Positions 19,820-31,794 of a stretch of DNA of 64,000 nt are shown here, in pieces. The DNA is from Acidobacteriota bacterium. Its GTDB lineage: Bacteria > Acidobacteriota > UBA890 > WLXD01. Below the pieces are notes generated by a model, which had not been told where the DNA came from, ran no database searches, and was given only the letters and a program-made list of their open reading frames with translations. Positions within the stretch are counted from its first letter, which is position 1; each line of letters starts with the position of its first letter. The translations under genes were made by a program, and so were the position numbers. The stretch lies in NCBI GenBank assembly GCA_965205505.1, contig CBDBHB010000009.1, positions 1,408,001 to 1,472,000 of the forward strand. Direction: 5' to 3'.

Positions 19820-19891
19820 GACGAGTTCATCGTCGTCGCGGTCGGCGGCGTCCACCACGCAGCCGAGTTCGTCGCACTCGCATTGCTGTGA
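19820..19891 (+). pseudogene. Orphan tail resembling the C-terminus of PQQ-dependent dehydrogenases
   Basis: EFIVVAVGGVHHAAEFVALALL*. Confidence 0.45.
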
Positions 19892-19994
19892 GCGCCGGTG
19901 CGTCTACGCAGCCAGCCCGGCCGTGTTGGCTCAGCAGGAGCGCGACGACCAAGAGCACCGTCTCCGCCGGCATGAATCCCTGACGCGGTCGCCG

Positions 19995-20789
19995 CTACCC
20001 TCCACTACAGGGTTTGAGGGTGACCCAGATGAGCTCGATCGGCTCGTCGCCGTTGTTGCCCGAGTCGTGCTGCTCCGACAGTTCGACGGCCTCCATCCAG
20101 CCGACAGAACCGTCGGGCGAAGGCCGGGTGCCGACTCTCTCGCTGCCATCGCGACGCCCGGACCACACACCACCCTTGACATGAACGTAGACCTGCTCGC
20201 CCGGGTGGGAGTGCACCCCCTCCCACTGCCCCGGCTCGACGACGAACTTCTGCACCACGACGTGATCGTTCTCCAGCAGCAGTTCGCCCGGAATGTTCGG
20301 ATAAAACGTGCCGGTGTGATGGTTCGCCACTAACGTGCAAGGTTTGAGGGTGATCCAGACCAACTCGATTGGGGTGTCTCCGGTGTTGCCGGAATTGTGT
20401 TGCTCCGACAGATCGATGGCATCCATCCATCCGACGGAGCCGGCGGGCGAAGGCTGGGTGCCGATTCTCTCGCGGCCGCCACGACGCCCAGACCACACAC
20501 CGCCCTTGATGGTCACCCAGAGCTGGTTGCCTGGGTGTGGATGGACCCCCTCCCACTGCCCCGGCTCGACGACGAACTTCTGCACCACGACGCGATCGTT
20601 CTCCAGCAGCAGCTCGCCCGGAATATCCGGATAAAAGGTACCGATCTCCTGGCCGGCAAAGAGCAATCCGGGGAGCGCCAGGATGACGGCGGCCAGCATC
20701 ATACGGATTGGGTTTCGGGTCGCTGCACTCGCGGGTGCTCGGCACGGAACGCGGCATCGGTTGCTGCTCGTGAGGTCCATGGACGGCAT
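19995..20789 (-). CDS. Probably secreted tandem-cupin protein
   Basis: Two ~110-aa units TFYP.IPGELLLEND.VVVQKFVVEPGQWEGVH.HPG..H.SGN.G..PIEL.W.TLKPC at 330-nt spacing; hydrophobic leader; GGAG RBS. Confidence 0.8.
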   Translation of the reverse strand: MPSMDLTSSNRCRVPCRAPASAATRNPIRMMLAAVILALPGLLFAGQEIGTFYPDIPGELLLENDRVVVQKFVVEPGQWEGVHPHPGNQLWVTIKGGVWSGRRGGRERIGTQPSPAGSVGWMDAIDLSEQHNSGNTGDTPIELVWITLKPCTLVANHHTGTFYPNIPGELLLENDHVVVQKFVVEPGQWEGVHSHPGEQVYVHVKGGVWSGRRDGSERVGTRPSPDGSVGWMEAVELSEQHDSGNNGDEPIELIWVTLKPCSGG

Positions 20790-20906
20790 CAGCTGACTCC
20801 TGGTCGAAGGACACTTGGGTCGCAGATCGGGAAACGACTCTATCAACATAAGGCCGCCAGTGGTCAAGAGCACACCTCGCTAACATGCCGATCTGATCCC
20901 ACTCCT

Positions 20907-22892
20907 TCAGGTTCGCTCGGCCCAGGGATATTGGAACTCGGGCCGAATGACGTCGGTGATCAGCTCTTGGACCGCACGGTGCGCCTGGTCGAACGCCGCC
21001 TGTGTAAGACACGTCGCGGCCGCGTCGGAGTTCGCGATGCCGATCCGCCCGAACCGCTTACGGCCCAATACCCAGGGAGCCTCGTCGTATCCCCAGTCGG
21101 GGTCGAAGAGGTCATTGCCCGCTCCCGCGTACCCGTGGGGCCAGCGGTTGACGAAGATGGCCTCGATGTCCCGGGCGGGATCGAAGCCTCCCTCCCCCAG
21201 GGCACGAGCAAGCTGATCCCTGATGCCACGCTCGAAGGTCTCGAACGACATGGCCAGAAGCTCCTCCCGTGCGGCGCGCCACTGGTCCCGTACGGAGAGC
21301 CCCGGAGCGTTCGGAGATGCCCAGAGCCTTACGACGACCGGTTCGTCGGGCAACCGGCCGGTCTGGTATTCCCCGAAGCTGTTGCTCCAATCGTCAAGGC
21401 TGACATTCTCGAAGTACGCGCTCGGGCAATGGATGCGCGCCACACCGAGCCGCTCGAACGCTCGCCAGCCGCGAACCACGACGTTAGTCGCAACGAAGGG
21501 TCTGCGCACCGCCATATGCAGGTGTTCTTTCTGGTCCTCCGGCAGCTCCGGACACAGATACGGGATCACCGAGTTGTAGCAAGCCATCACGCAGGTGCCC
21601 CCGCGCACGCGATGCGCTTGGCCGTCCCGCACGTACGTGACCTCCACCGCGCTCGCCTTGGCCCGATCGCCCACGTGGTGAGCGTTTACCACCGTGCTGT
21701 TGAGACGGATGCGCACGTCGTTTTCTGCCCGGTCGAGGGTCGAATACCGGACCCGCGTCGGCACCGAGTCGTTCATCGTCTCGCCCGGTAGCGAACCCGG
21801 AATCAGCCAGCGCACGAGCAGCCGGGCGACGCCAGCCATTCCGTCGGGGAAGTGCATGTCATCGAACGGATTCTCCAGTCCAGGGAACCCGTCTCTCGGC
21901 GGCGGCTCCCCGAGCCCGAGGCCCTGCAGCCCGGGCAAGCTGCTGTACCGGAACGCGGCCCAGCCGCTCATCGTATCGATACCGGCAATGCCATTGGCAT
22001 CCGGGGCGCGGCGCTTGAAGAAGGGGATCACGTCCGGGTCGACGCCGACGACGTTCAGCAGATAGTCCTGATAGCTCATCTTGCGGAGCCGGGCGATCTT
22101 CTCCTGCACCGACAATCCGGGGAAGAAATCCTCCTGCGTCTGGTACAGCTTCGCGATGTCCTTCTGCACCCGGTCCGAGAGCGGCGTCTTCTGAAGCCAT
22201 TCCGTCCACGCCTCCGGCTCGTCCGATCCGGGCTCTCCTACGACCAGCCGATCCTCACCGAACGTCTCCTCGTCGAACAAGACCGCGCTTCCCAAGCCCC
22301 GCTCTCGCGCCCGTAAGCTGCGTCCCACGTTCGCACGCCTGTACACCTCCGCATCCAGACCGATGTCGTGCATCAACTCCAGGCCTTCGTACGTATAGGC
22401 TCCGGTGATGTACGCCGTACCGCCGTAGCTGATGACCTGGCGCCCCTCGACCATGGCCTCGTTCCGCTGCGCGTGCCCTCCGAAGTCGTCGTGGTTCTCC
22501 AGAATCAGGACCCTCGCCTCAGGCATCGCCTTGCGGAAGTAGTAGGCCGCCCCGAGACCGCTCAACCCGCCGCCCACCACGATCAGGTCGTACTCTTCTC
22601 CGGTTTCCTGCGGGTCGTCCCACACCTCGCCGTCCCGCATGCGATGAGCCACCTCGAACGACCCCGGATGGCTGCCCCGCATCCCCGTACGTGTCGGCGG
22701 ATAGTACGTCTCCTGGCTCACAGATTGATCGACGACTGGAGATGCGGCCGGAGCCAGCCGGGCATCGCGCCCCTGCGCCCCCACATCCCCGGGCGCAAGG
22801 GCCGCTCCCGTGATCGCGATGCTCGTTCCGCTCACGAAGTCGCGACGGTTGATTTCCCGGTTCATGCCCAGCTCACGATCGCTCTTCTTCAT
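20907..22892 (-). CDS. Spermidine dehydrogenase-like FAD oxidoreductase, Tat signal (paralog 2)
   Basis: NRRDFV, GMRGSH, ENHDDFGGHAQRNE, FPDG, NRWPHGYA. Confidence 0.87.
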   Translation of the reverse strand: MKKSDRELGMNREINRRDFVSGTSIAITGAALAPGDVGAQGRDARLAPAASPVVDQSVSQETYYPPTRTGMRGSHPGSFEVAHRMRDGEVWDDPQETGEEYDLIVVGGGLSGLGAAYYFRKAMPEARVLILENHDDFGGHAQRNEAMVEGRQVISYGGTAYITGAYTYEGLELMHDIGLDAEVYRRANVGRSLRARERGLGSAVLFDEETFGEDRLVVGEPGSDEPEAWTEWLQKTPLSDRVQKDIAKLYQTQEDFFPGLSVQEKIARLRKMSYQDYLLNVVGVDPDVIPFFKRRAPDANGIAGIDTMSGWAAFRYSSLPGLQGLGLGEPPPRDGFPGLENPFDDMHFPDGMAGVARLLVRWLIPGSLPGETMNDSVPTRVRYSTLDRAENDVRIRLNSTVVNAHHVGDRAKASAVEVTYVRDGQAHRVRGGTCVMACYNSVIPYLCPELPEDQKEHLHMAVRRPFVATNVVVRGWRAFERLGVARIHCPSAYFENVSLDDWSNSFGEYQTGRLPDEPVVVRLWASPNAPGLSVRDQWRAAREELLAMSFETFERGIRDQLARALGEGGFDPARDIEAIFVNRWPHGYAGAGNDLFDPDWGYDEAPWVLGRKRFGRIGIANSDAAATCLTQAAFDQAHRAVQELITDVIRPEFQYPWAERT

Positions 22893-23159
22893 TTCATGTC
22901 TCCTCGAGCGTCAAGGTGTGGGCAGTGAGACAGCGCCGCTGACGCAGTGATCGAAGAATTCCCTTGGGACAACACACAGCTATAGAAGTCTGCCGTGGCC
23001 AGGCGATCCTAGTCTACTAGTGCTCCTGATCATAAGTACGGTGACGTTTGTGGCGCGCGCGACCGAGCCGGATCCCAGGAGGCGCGACGACAGCGATGCA
23101 ATGAGCATCGTCGAGGAGCGCCGACGCCGGAGGCTGCCGGTCCCGCCGCCACCCGGAAG

Positions 23160-23261
23160 GCTGGGCCGAGATAGGGGCAATCTCGGCGTTGCGATTCGTC
23201 GACGATCGGCGAGGATCGCCATTCTCATCGCGCCTTGAGCTTGCCCCTATCTCGGCCCAGC
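23160..23261. repeat. 102-bp element with perfect 21-bp terminal inverted repeats
   Basis: GCTGGGCCGAGATAGGGGCAA ... TTGCCCCTATCTCGGCCCAGC. Confidence 0.85.
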
Positions 23262-23501
23262 AATATGCAACGGATTCCTGACTCAGGACACTAGATGCCC
23301 AGACCGGGTCGATCCGGTGCCACTACGCTCCCGCGGTCCAGCAAGTTGCCGTTCTTCATTCCAAACTCGAAGGCCCGGTCGAATTGCCGCGGCCCGTGAG
23401 GTGAACAGGAAACGCTGTCCCCGACCTTGATGACCACCGTGGCCACAATCGGCTCGGCCGGGTAGTCTGTGAGCATCCCGCTCCAATCAAACCGGGTGCA
23501 C

Positions 23502-26223
23502 ATGGAGATCGGTAGCAAGCTCGGCCACTACGAGATCCTTGCCCCGCTCGGTGAAGGCGGGATGGGGCAAGTGTACCGAGCACGCGACACGACGCTGGAC
23601 CGTGATGTCGCCATCAAGGTGCTGCCGGAGGACTTCGCCACCGATGCGGGTCGGCTAGCCCAATTCGAGCGCGAAGCCAAGCTGCTCGCCTCGCTGAACC
23701 ATCCCAACATCGCCATGATCTTCGGCTTCGAGAAATCGGATGGTGTCCGCTTCATCGCCATGGAGCTGGTGGAGGGTCAGAGTCTCGCCGAACGGATCGA
23801 AGCCAGTGGTCGCATCGAAGTTGATGAAGCACTGGAGATCGCCCGCCGGATCGCGCTGGCGCTAGAAGCGGCCCACGAGGCTGGCGTCATCCATCGCGAT
23901 CTCAAACCCGCCAACGTGCAGGTGGCACCCGATGGCACCGTCAAGGTGCTCGACTTCGGGCTGGCCAAAGCCTACGAAGCGGAAGGCAGTGAGCCGTCGT
24001 CCGACCTGAGCCACTCACCCACGATAATGGCCGCCACCGGCACCGGCGTGATCATGGGCACGGCTCCCTACATGAGCCCAGAGCAGGCGAGGGGGCAGCC
24101 CGTCGATAAACGTGCCGACATATGGGCGTTCGGCTGCGTGCTGTACGAGATGCTGACGGGCGAGAGGACGTTCGATGGTAAGACCGTCAGCGACACGATG
24201 GCATCGATCCTCAGGGATGAGCCGAACTGGGATCGGTTCGCCGGCGATGTCCCCTCGAGAATCCGGGATCTGCTCCGTCGATGCTTGGTGAAGCTTCCGT
24301 GCGACCGTCTGCGTGACATCGGGGATGCTCGTATCGAGATCATCGACGCCGTCGCTCAGCCCGATGTGACCACCGCTCGATCGTCGGCTCCGGCCAAGCG
24401 ATGGCCGGTGCCCTCGTGGGGGCTCGCGGCCCTGGTGGTTGTTGGCACGCTTGCCGTCTTGTACGGGCTTCGCTCCGAAGCCCCGTCGCGCCGACCTACG
24501 CAGCGAACGCTGGTGGACCTGGGCCAGTTGGGACGAGTCAGAACCGGGATCAGCGCGCATCCTGCGCTCTCGCCCGACGGCACACGACTCGTCTACGCCG
24601 CCGAGGTTGATGGCACAACGCGCCTGTACACGCGCTCCTTGGATCGACTCGAGACCGAACCGATCGCCGGTACCGAAGGCGCCTACGCACCGTTCTTCTC
24701 GCCCGATGGTGAGTGGGTCGGGTTCTTCAGCTCCGTTGCCGACCGGAGGCTAAGGAAGGTGTCCGTTCGTGGTGGCCAGCCGCAGCCGCTGTGCGACGCC
24801 TGCGAAGCCCCCATCGGCGGGGGCGCCTCGTGGGGGGCGGACGATGTCGTGGTCTTCTCTGCCCAGGTCGCGGATCAGTGGCGCCTGTTCCGGGTGTCGC
24901 TCGCCGAGAACGGCGACCCCGAGATCCTGACCTCGGTGGACCGCGATCAGGGGGAGCGCGCCCACCTGGCTCTGCAGATCCTGCCCGGTGGTGATTCGGC
25001 ACTATTGACCATCCGGGGGTCTTTGGGCGTCTCCTGGTCACGCGTCGGTGTCGTCGATCTTGAGACGGGCAACCCGGCCCTTGAACATCCGCGGATACAG
25101 CGCACTGTACGTTCCGACGGGACACGTCGTTTTTCTTCGCGCCGGCGAGCTGTGGGCAGCGCCGTTCGACCTCGCACGGCTGCAGGCCGGCCCGGAGGCG
25201 CCTGTTCTCGAGGGGATTGAATGGGACAGCTTTTCAGTATCCACGCCGTTTGCCTTCACCGACGACGGATTGCTCGTTTACTTGCGCGGAGGTGACATGA
25301 ACGCCGGACCCGAGAGGAGCCTCGTCTGGGTGGATCGCGAGGGTCGCGAGGCGCCGCTTCCGTGGCTCAGTCCGGCTCGCTACGGCCGGCCGCAGGTCTC
25401 ACCGGACGGCTCTGCGATCGTCGTGGCCATCATCGACGGCTCGGGAAACGAGGACCTGTGGATCGTCGATCTGGAACGTGAAGCCATCGATCAATTTACA
25501 TTCGACCCGGCGCAGGATTGGATGCCGATCTGGACGCATGATGGTGAATGGATCGTGTTCAGCTCAGCCCGCGAGACCGGGGTGCTGAACTTATGGCGAA
25601 AGGCTGCCGACTTCACCGGGTCGCCGGAGCGACTGACCAGTGGTCCCGACAATCAGTATGTCCACGGGTGTGCCGCGGACGGTGAAACCGTGTTGTTCTG
25701 CGGCGGCAACAACGGCCTGCCGTTCAACCTGGGCCTACTGCCGCCGGGAGGGAGCACGGACGCCGAGTACATCACGCAAACGGAGTTTATGGAGGCGGTG
25801 CCGGTCAACTCGCCCAATGGCAGATGGCTCGCGTACCAGTCGGACGAGACCGGGCAGTTCGAGATTTACGTCGCTCGGTACCCCAATGTTCGCGATGGCA
25901 AGCAGCGGATCTCCACCGACGGCAACGGTGGCTACGCACCCGTGTGGGCACGTGATGGCACCGAGCTCTTCTATCGCAGCAGAGAATCGCTGATGAGAGT
26001 CGGCGTCGTGGCGACCGAACCCACGTTCGTGTGGGACCCTCCCGAGGCCGTGTTCGAGGACACCTACTTCGTGGGTGACTACCGCTACTTCGACGTTTCG
26101 CTCGACGGGCGGCGCTTCCTGATGATGAAGGAATCCGGGACACTACCCAGCTCCACCACGCAGCTCGTCTTCGTCAGCAACTGGTTCGAAGAGCTAAAGC
26201 GGCTCGTGCCGACGGACCCGTAG
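23502..26223 (+). pseudogene. Ser/Thr kinase-TM-TolB/PD40 beta-propeller protein 1, frameshift at about 25070
   Basis: GEGGMG, VAIK, HRDLKPAN, DFG, YMSPEQ; TM helix; SPDG repeats; NWFEELKRLVPTDP. Confidence 0.9.
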
Positions 26224-26342
26224 CGCGTACAGCCAATCTGGAGCGCGCTTTTTTCAGGGTGGATAGAGCCACCGAATCTCGGCGCATGAGTTCATCGCAC
26301 GGCCGTGGCAAGTGTGACTCTCAGCGCGTAGCCTCTCGTGCT

Positions 26343-29095
26343 ATGGAACCCGGCATCAAACTAGGCCCCTACGAAATCACCGAGCAGCTCGGTGCTGGCG
26401 GCATGGGCGAGGTGTACCTGGCGCAGGACACCCGCCTGGGCCGCAAGGTGGCCATCAAGGTGCTGCCTGCCGAGTTTGCCTCTGACCCCGAGCGCCTCGC
26501 CCGCTTCGAGCAGGAGGCCCGTGCTGCTGCCGCCCTGAACCACCCGCACATCGCAGCGGTCTTCGATGTCGGCACCGAAGACGGGACCCACTTCATGGTG
26601 CAGGAGTACCTGGAGGGGGACACGCTCCGGGAGCCGCTACAGAAAGGTGTGCTGCCGCTCAAGAAGGCGCTCGGCTTGGCCACCGAGATCGCCGAGGCGC
26701 TGGCTGCTGCTCACGCCGCCGGGATCATCCACCGCGATCTAAAGCCGGAGAACATCTTCGTTACCAAGGAGGGGCACGCGAAGGTGTTGGACTTCGGCCT
26801 GGCGAAGCTCACCGAGGTAGCGGCGGCAGGCTCACCGGGCGGTGCAACGCAGTCACCCACGATGATGGGCACGGTGGCCGGTCAGGTGATGGGTACTGCC
26901 GGCTACATGGCCCCGGAGCAGGTCGAGGGCTCCGACAAGATCGACCATCGAGCCGATCTGTTCGCCTTCGGTTGCGTGCTCTACGAGATGGCGAGCGGAG
27001 CACGGGCATTCGCCGGGCGCAGTATCGCCGAGACGCTGGCACACATCCAGCACGATGACCCAGCATCGATTCAGGAGTCCGACCCGTCTCTGCCCGACGA
27101 GCTACAACGCATCGTCCGAAAGTGCGTCGCGAAGGAACTGGATCGCCGATACCAGGGTGGCAATGATCTCGTGGTGGATCTGAAGGCGTTGGCGCGTGAC
27201 GTGGAGTCGGGTAGCGCCGGGATGGTTCCCCAACGTCCGCCGGTCGGGCTGAGGCCTAGCTCGAGCATGAATTCCGACAGTCGGCATTACCGGCCAGCGG
27301 GCAGGCACCAGCCGTCGTGGAAACGACACGCGGCATCCCGTGGAAGCTGGCAGCCCCGATAGCCGTGGCCAGCGTCCTTCTTGGGGCTTTCGGAGTCTGG
27401 ATCACGACCCCGTCAGCGCCAGAGTCCATCGTTCGCCGCTTCTACATCGACTATCCACCAGAAACTACTTTCCAGAGCGAGTCCACCCTGGGCGTTGCGA
27501 TCTCACCCGATGGCAAGTCGGTGGTATTCAACGCCAACCGGCAGCTTTGGCTCCGAGCGATTGACGATCCGGTTGCCACACCCATCCGTGGCACGGAGGA
27601 TGCCAGAGTGCCGTTCTTTTCACCCGATGGCCAACAGCTCGGCTTTCGGGGAGTCGATGGGCAAATGAAGAAGGTTTCGAAAACCGGCGGTGCGCCGGTG
27701 TCGCTGGGGCCAGCGCCTCAGCTACCTTACGGAGCGAGCTGGGCAGACGACGGCTACATCTACTTCGGGCAGGGTGCCGGAGGGATCTGGCGTGTCTCAG
27801 ACAACGGCGGTGAACCACAGGTAGTCGTTGAAACGGAAGAGGGCGAGCAAGCCTACGGCCCCCAACTTCTTCCCGGTGGCGAGTGGTTGCTGCTTACGCT
27901 GGCGAGCGGCCCCGGTACGTGGGACGAAGCGAGCATCGTTGCCCAGCCGGTGTCTGGCGGTGACCGCAAGGTGCTGGGCATTGTCGGCACCGATGGCCGC
28001 TACGTGCCCACCGGCCACATCGTCTATTCGCTCGCAGGCAACCTCTTCGCAGTGCCCTTCGATGCAGACAGCATCGAGGTTACCGGAGGACCGGCGTCGA
28101 TCGTCGAGGGGGTCCGGCAGGGGAGCCTCACGGGAGCAAGCCAGTACGCGTTTTCGGATCGCGGTGGGTTGGTGTACATGCCGGGTGGTAGCGCTTTCCA
28201 ACTCGTCTGGGTGGATCGTGACGGCCAAGTCGAACCGCTGCCCTTCGAGCCGCGTGCGTCTGAGGACTTGGACCTCTCGCCGGATGACCAGCGCATCGCG
28301 CTCGGAGTCCAGGGAGATGATGGGGAGTGGGACATCTGGATCTACGAGATCGAAAGAGGGGGCAGCCAGGTGCTGCTGACCATGGAGGGCAACAACCAAA
28401 TGCTCGTTTGGTCGCCGGATGGAGAGTGGTTTTTCTTCTCGTCGGATCGGGGTGGCAACTACGACATCTGGAAGCGCCGGGCTGACCGGAGTCTCGAAGC
28501 CGAGCTGCTGTTGGATACAGAGGCTAACCTGTGGCCGACATCGATCTCGGCGAACGGTGCGATGCTGCTGGTTAACAGTGGGATCTTACCGAATCTCGAC
28601 GTGAGGATACTGCCTCTCGATACAAGTGATACGGAAATGCTCGTCGATACTGCCGGCAATGAGACTTTGCCCAGTTTCTCGCCGGACAGTCGCTTCTTCG
28701 CCTTCGCTTCGAATGAGACGGGGCAATTCGAGGTGGTCGTGCGGGAGGTATCGAGCGGTCGGACATTTCCGGTCTCTACCAGTACCCGTGGTGGTTGGTT
28801 CCCTCGCTGGTCGCGGGACGGAAGGGAGATTTACTACGCATCCGTCACAAGCCCAGGCATCCTCGTCGCGGAGGTGGCGATGGAGCCGTTTTCCGCATCC
28901 GACCCTGTCGAACTCTCGGACATCGTCATGCGTGCCAATAGCAACTTCGATGTCACCGCCGATGGGCAGAAGTTCCTGGTGACGGTGCCCGCTCGTAGTG
29001 ATGAGACTGGGGCCACGGCACCCGGCACACGACTCAACATTGTCCTCAACTGGTTCGAGGAATTGAACCGGCTCGTGCCGACGGGCGGCTCCTGA
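26343..29095 (+). pseudogene. Ser/Thr kinase-TM-PD40 propeller protein 2, frame broken by a probable 52-bp insertion (27219-27270)
   Basis: [17 protein letters not shown]; second frame open from 27271; TGGCAA-17-TAGCCT 8 nt before the ATG. Confidence 0.9.
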
Positions 29096-31757
29096 TGGTC
29101 GGCAAGACGCTCGGCCACTACGAGATCCTCGCCCCGCTCGGTGAAGGCGGCATGGGAGAGGTGTATCGGGCACGCGATACCACGCTGGATCGTGATGTCG
29201 CTATCAAGGTGCTGCCCGAGGACTTCGCCACCGACTCTGGCCGCCTGGCTCGATTCGAGCGCGAAGCCAAGCTGCTTGCCTCCCTGAATCACCCCAACAT
29301 CGCCACCATCTTCGGCTTCGAGGAATCCGACGGTGTGCGCTTCATCGCCATGGAACTGGTCGAGGGACAGAGTCTCGCCGAGCGGATCACCGCTTCCGGT
29401 CGCATCCCGGTCGATGACACGCTAGAGATCGCCCGCCGGATTGCGCTGGCGCTCGAAGCCGCGCACGAGGCTGGCGTCATCCATCGCGACTTGAAGCCGG
29501 CCAACGTGCAGGTAGCAACCGATGGCACCGTCAAGGTGCTCGACTTCGGGCTGGCTAAAGCCTACGAGGCGGAAGGCAGCGAGCCGTCGTCCGATCTCAG
29601 CCACTCACCCACGATGATGGCCGCCACGGGCACCGGCGTGATTATGGGCACAGCTCCCTACATGAGCCCGGAGCAGGCGCGTGGTCAGCCAGTCGACAAG
29701 CGGAGCGACATCTGGTCGTTCGGCTGTGTTCTGTACCAGATGCTTCACAGGGAAGGCGGTTTTCGGCGGCAAGACCGTGAGCGATGTCATCGCTGCCATC
29801 ATCGAGCGTGAGCCGGATTGGAGCAGTCTGCCCGACCGTCTGCATCCTAGGCTGAGGGAATTACTCGAGCGTTGCCTGGCGAAAGACCCCCGAAGCCGAT
29901 GGCACGACGTTGCCGACGTCCGGCTTGATGTCGAAGGAGTCCAGAGAGATCCACACCGCACGGAGCAAAGGGTGCCTCCCTTCGACCGGGGCAAGCAAAG
30001 AACCTCGTCGGTGTGGGCGCTGGCTAGCTTCGTGTTGGGCGCGGTTGCGACGGGTGTGGTGATGTGGAGCCTGCCAGGCGCTGTCGATACGGATACTCGT
30101 ACGGTGCGCTTCTCTTACTCGCTGCCGCTGACTCAGACGTGGACAGTTCGTCACGGCAACCTCTTGGCCGTCTCGCCCGATGGGAGCAGGATCGCATACG
30201 TTGTAGATCAGCAGCTCTATCTACGCGGGCTGGATCAGCTGGAGGGCACACCGCTTCCCGGAACCGACGGTGCCGCGAGCCCGTTCTTCTCGCCGGATGG
30301 GAACTGGGTGGGGTTTGCGACCGAAGGCAGTCTGAAGAGAGTCTCGGTCGCGGGAGGCGCTCCACTCGATATCTCGGCCGCCTGGAGGGTGACGGGCGCG
30401 ACCTGGGGAAGGGACGACACCATTATCTTCGGCGGCGGTGCCGGTTCCGGTCTACTGCAGGTTCCGGTGTCAGGAGGAATACCGCAGCCGGTGACTTTTC
30501 CAGATCCCGAAAAGGGCGAGGTCCACCATGGCCTTCCCCAGATGTTGCCCGATGGGAAGACGGTGGTGTTTACGGTTGCGACCGGGGAGGGGTCCCGTCT
30601 CGCGCTGTTGTCGTTGGAAACGGGCAGCTGGCGGGAGCTCCTGCCTGCCGGCTCGGGGGCTCAGTACTTATCTGCCGGGTACTTGCTGTTTTCTGAAGAA
30701 GGCAATCTGCGGCTTGTTCCGTTTGACCTCGACGATGGCGAGGTGACCGACTCCATCGTTCCTGTATTAGATGGCATCGAGTGGGAGAGTATCGCCGGTT
30801 TGGAATTAGCATCTTTCGCCGTGTCGCCAGCCGGTAACTTGGCGTACATCCCCGGCGATCTGCGGTTTCCCCTGACAACCCCGGTGTGGGTCGATCGCAA
30901 CGGGCGCGAAACGAGCATCGACGTCGATCCGGCTCTGTACCTCGGAGCGCATATCTCACCGGACGGACGGCGAGTCGCCTTCACCCGCGTTGCAGCAGAC
31001 GGACATGGAATCGGCGACGTGTGGGTTCTCGAGCTCGGCGCAAATCGAATGATTCCGGTCGTTCGCGAAGGGGGCTGTCTACAACGCAATCTGGACGCCG
31101 GACGGCGCTATGCTCACCTTTACGGTCAACGGCAATCTGTTTGAGACGTTGGTGGACCGTGACGGCGCACCCACGAATCTCCTGAGGCGCGAGAACTACC
31201 AGTTATCTCGGTCGTGGTCTCCGAATGGGTAGGACCTGGCGTTTGTCGATTGGTCGCCGGCTGGATTGAGCGTCTGGATCTTGTCCCGTGAGGGCGACCT
31301 ATCGCCGTTAATGGATTCGAATTCGACCTCGAATTCGACCTCGCCCCGGTTCTCTCCCCAAGGCGGTTGGCTTGCGTATCTTTCTGACGAATCTGGACAG
31401 CCAGAAGTCTACGTTCGCCGTCACCCGGGCTCCGACCGAGGCCAGAGAGTGTCGAGCGAAGGAGGGCTGCAGCCGGTTTGGTCAGTCGACGGAAAGGAAC
31501 TGTTCTACCGCAGTGGAGATCGGATGATGGCTGTGCCGATCACAACGGAGCCCGATCTCTCGGTCGGCGTGGGTCGCGAACTCTGGGAAAGACCCTACTT
31601 CGACACCGGGATGCTCGGTGGCAGTTATGACGTTGCTGCTGATGGCCGTTTTCTGATGCTCAGCGTCTCCGACTCTTCCTACTCGCTGGGCACACAGGTC
31701 AGTGTGGTCACCAACTGGTTCGACGAGCTAAAGCGGCTCGCGCCGACGGACCCGTAG
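29095..31757 (+). pseudogene. Ser/Thr kinase-TM-PD40 propeller protein 3; frameshifts at about 29745 and 31070, in-frame TAG at 31230
   Basis: Kinase domain nearly identical to that at 23502; TGATG overlap with the previous gene; tail [14 protein letters not shown]. Confidence 0.9.
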
Positions 31758-31794
31758 CGCCCTCAGCCGACGCTCGCCACGTACTCCGCGTGGT

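Noticed and set aside
20397-21791. Long antisense ORFs (also 40955-42169, 47110-48273, 49931-51016, 55866-56987, 60373-61458)
   Set aside because: Shadows of well-supported genes in high-GC DNA, with no motifs.
23291-23518. Short minus-strand ORF upstream of kinase 1
   Set aside because: No recognisable motif or RBS; may be another relic but cannot be supported.
31230-31232. Pyrrolysine or stop-codon readthrough
   Set aside because: The same gene has two frameshifts and other genes end in TAG normally.
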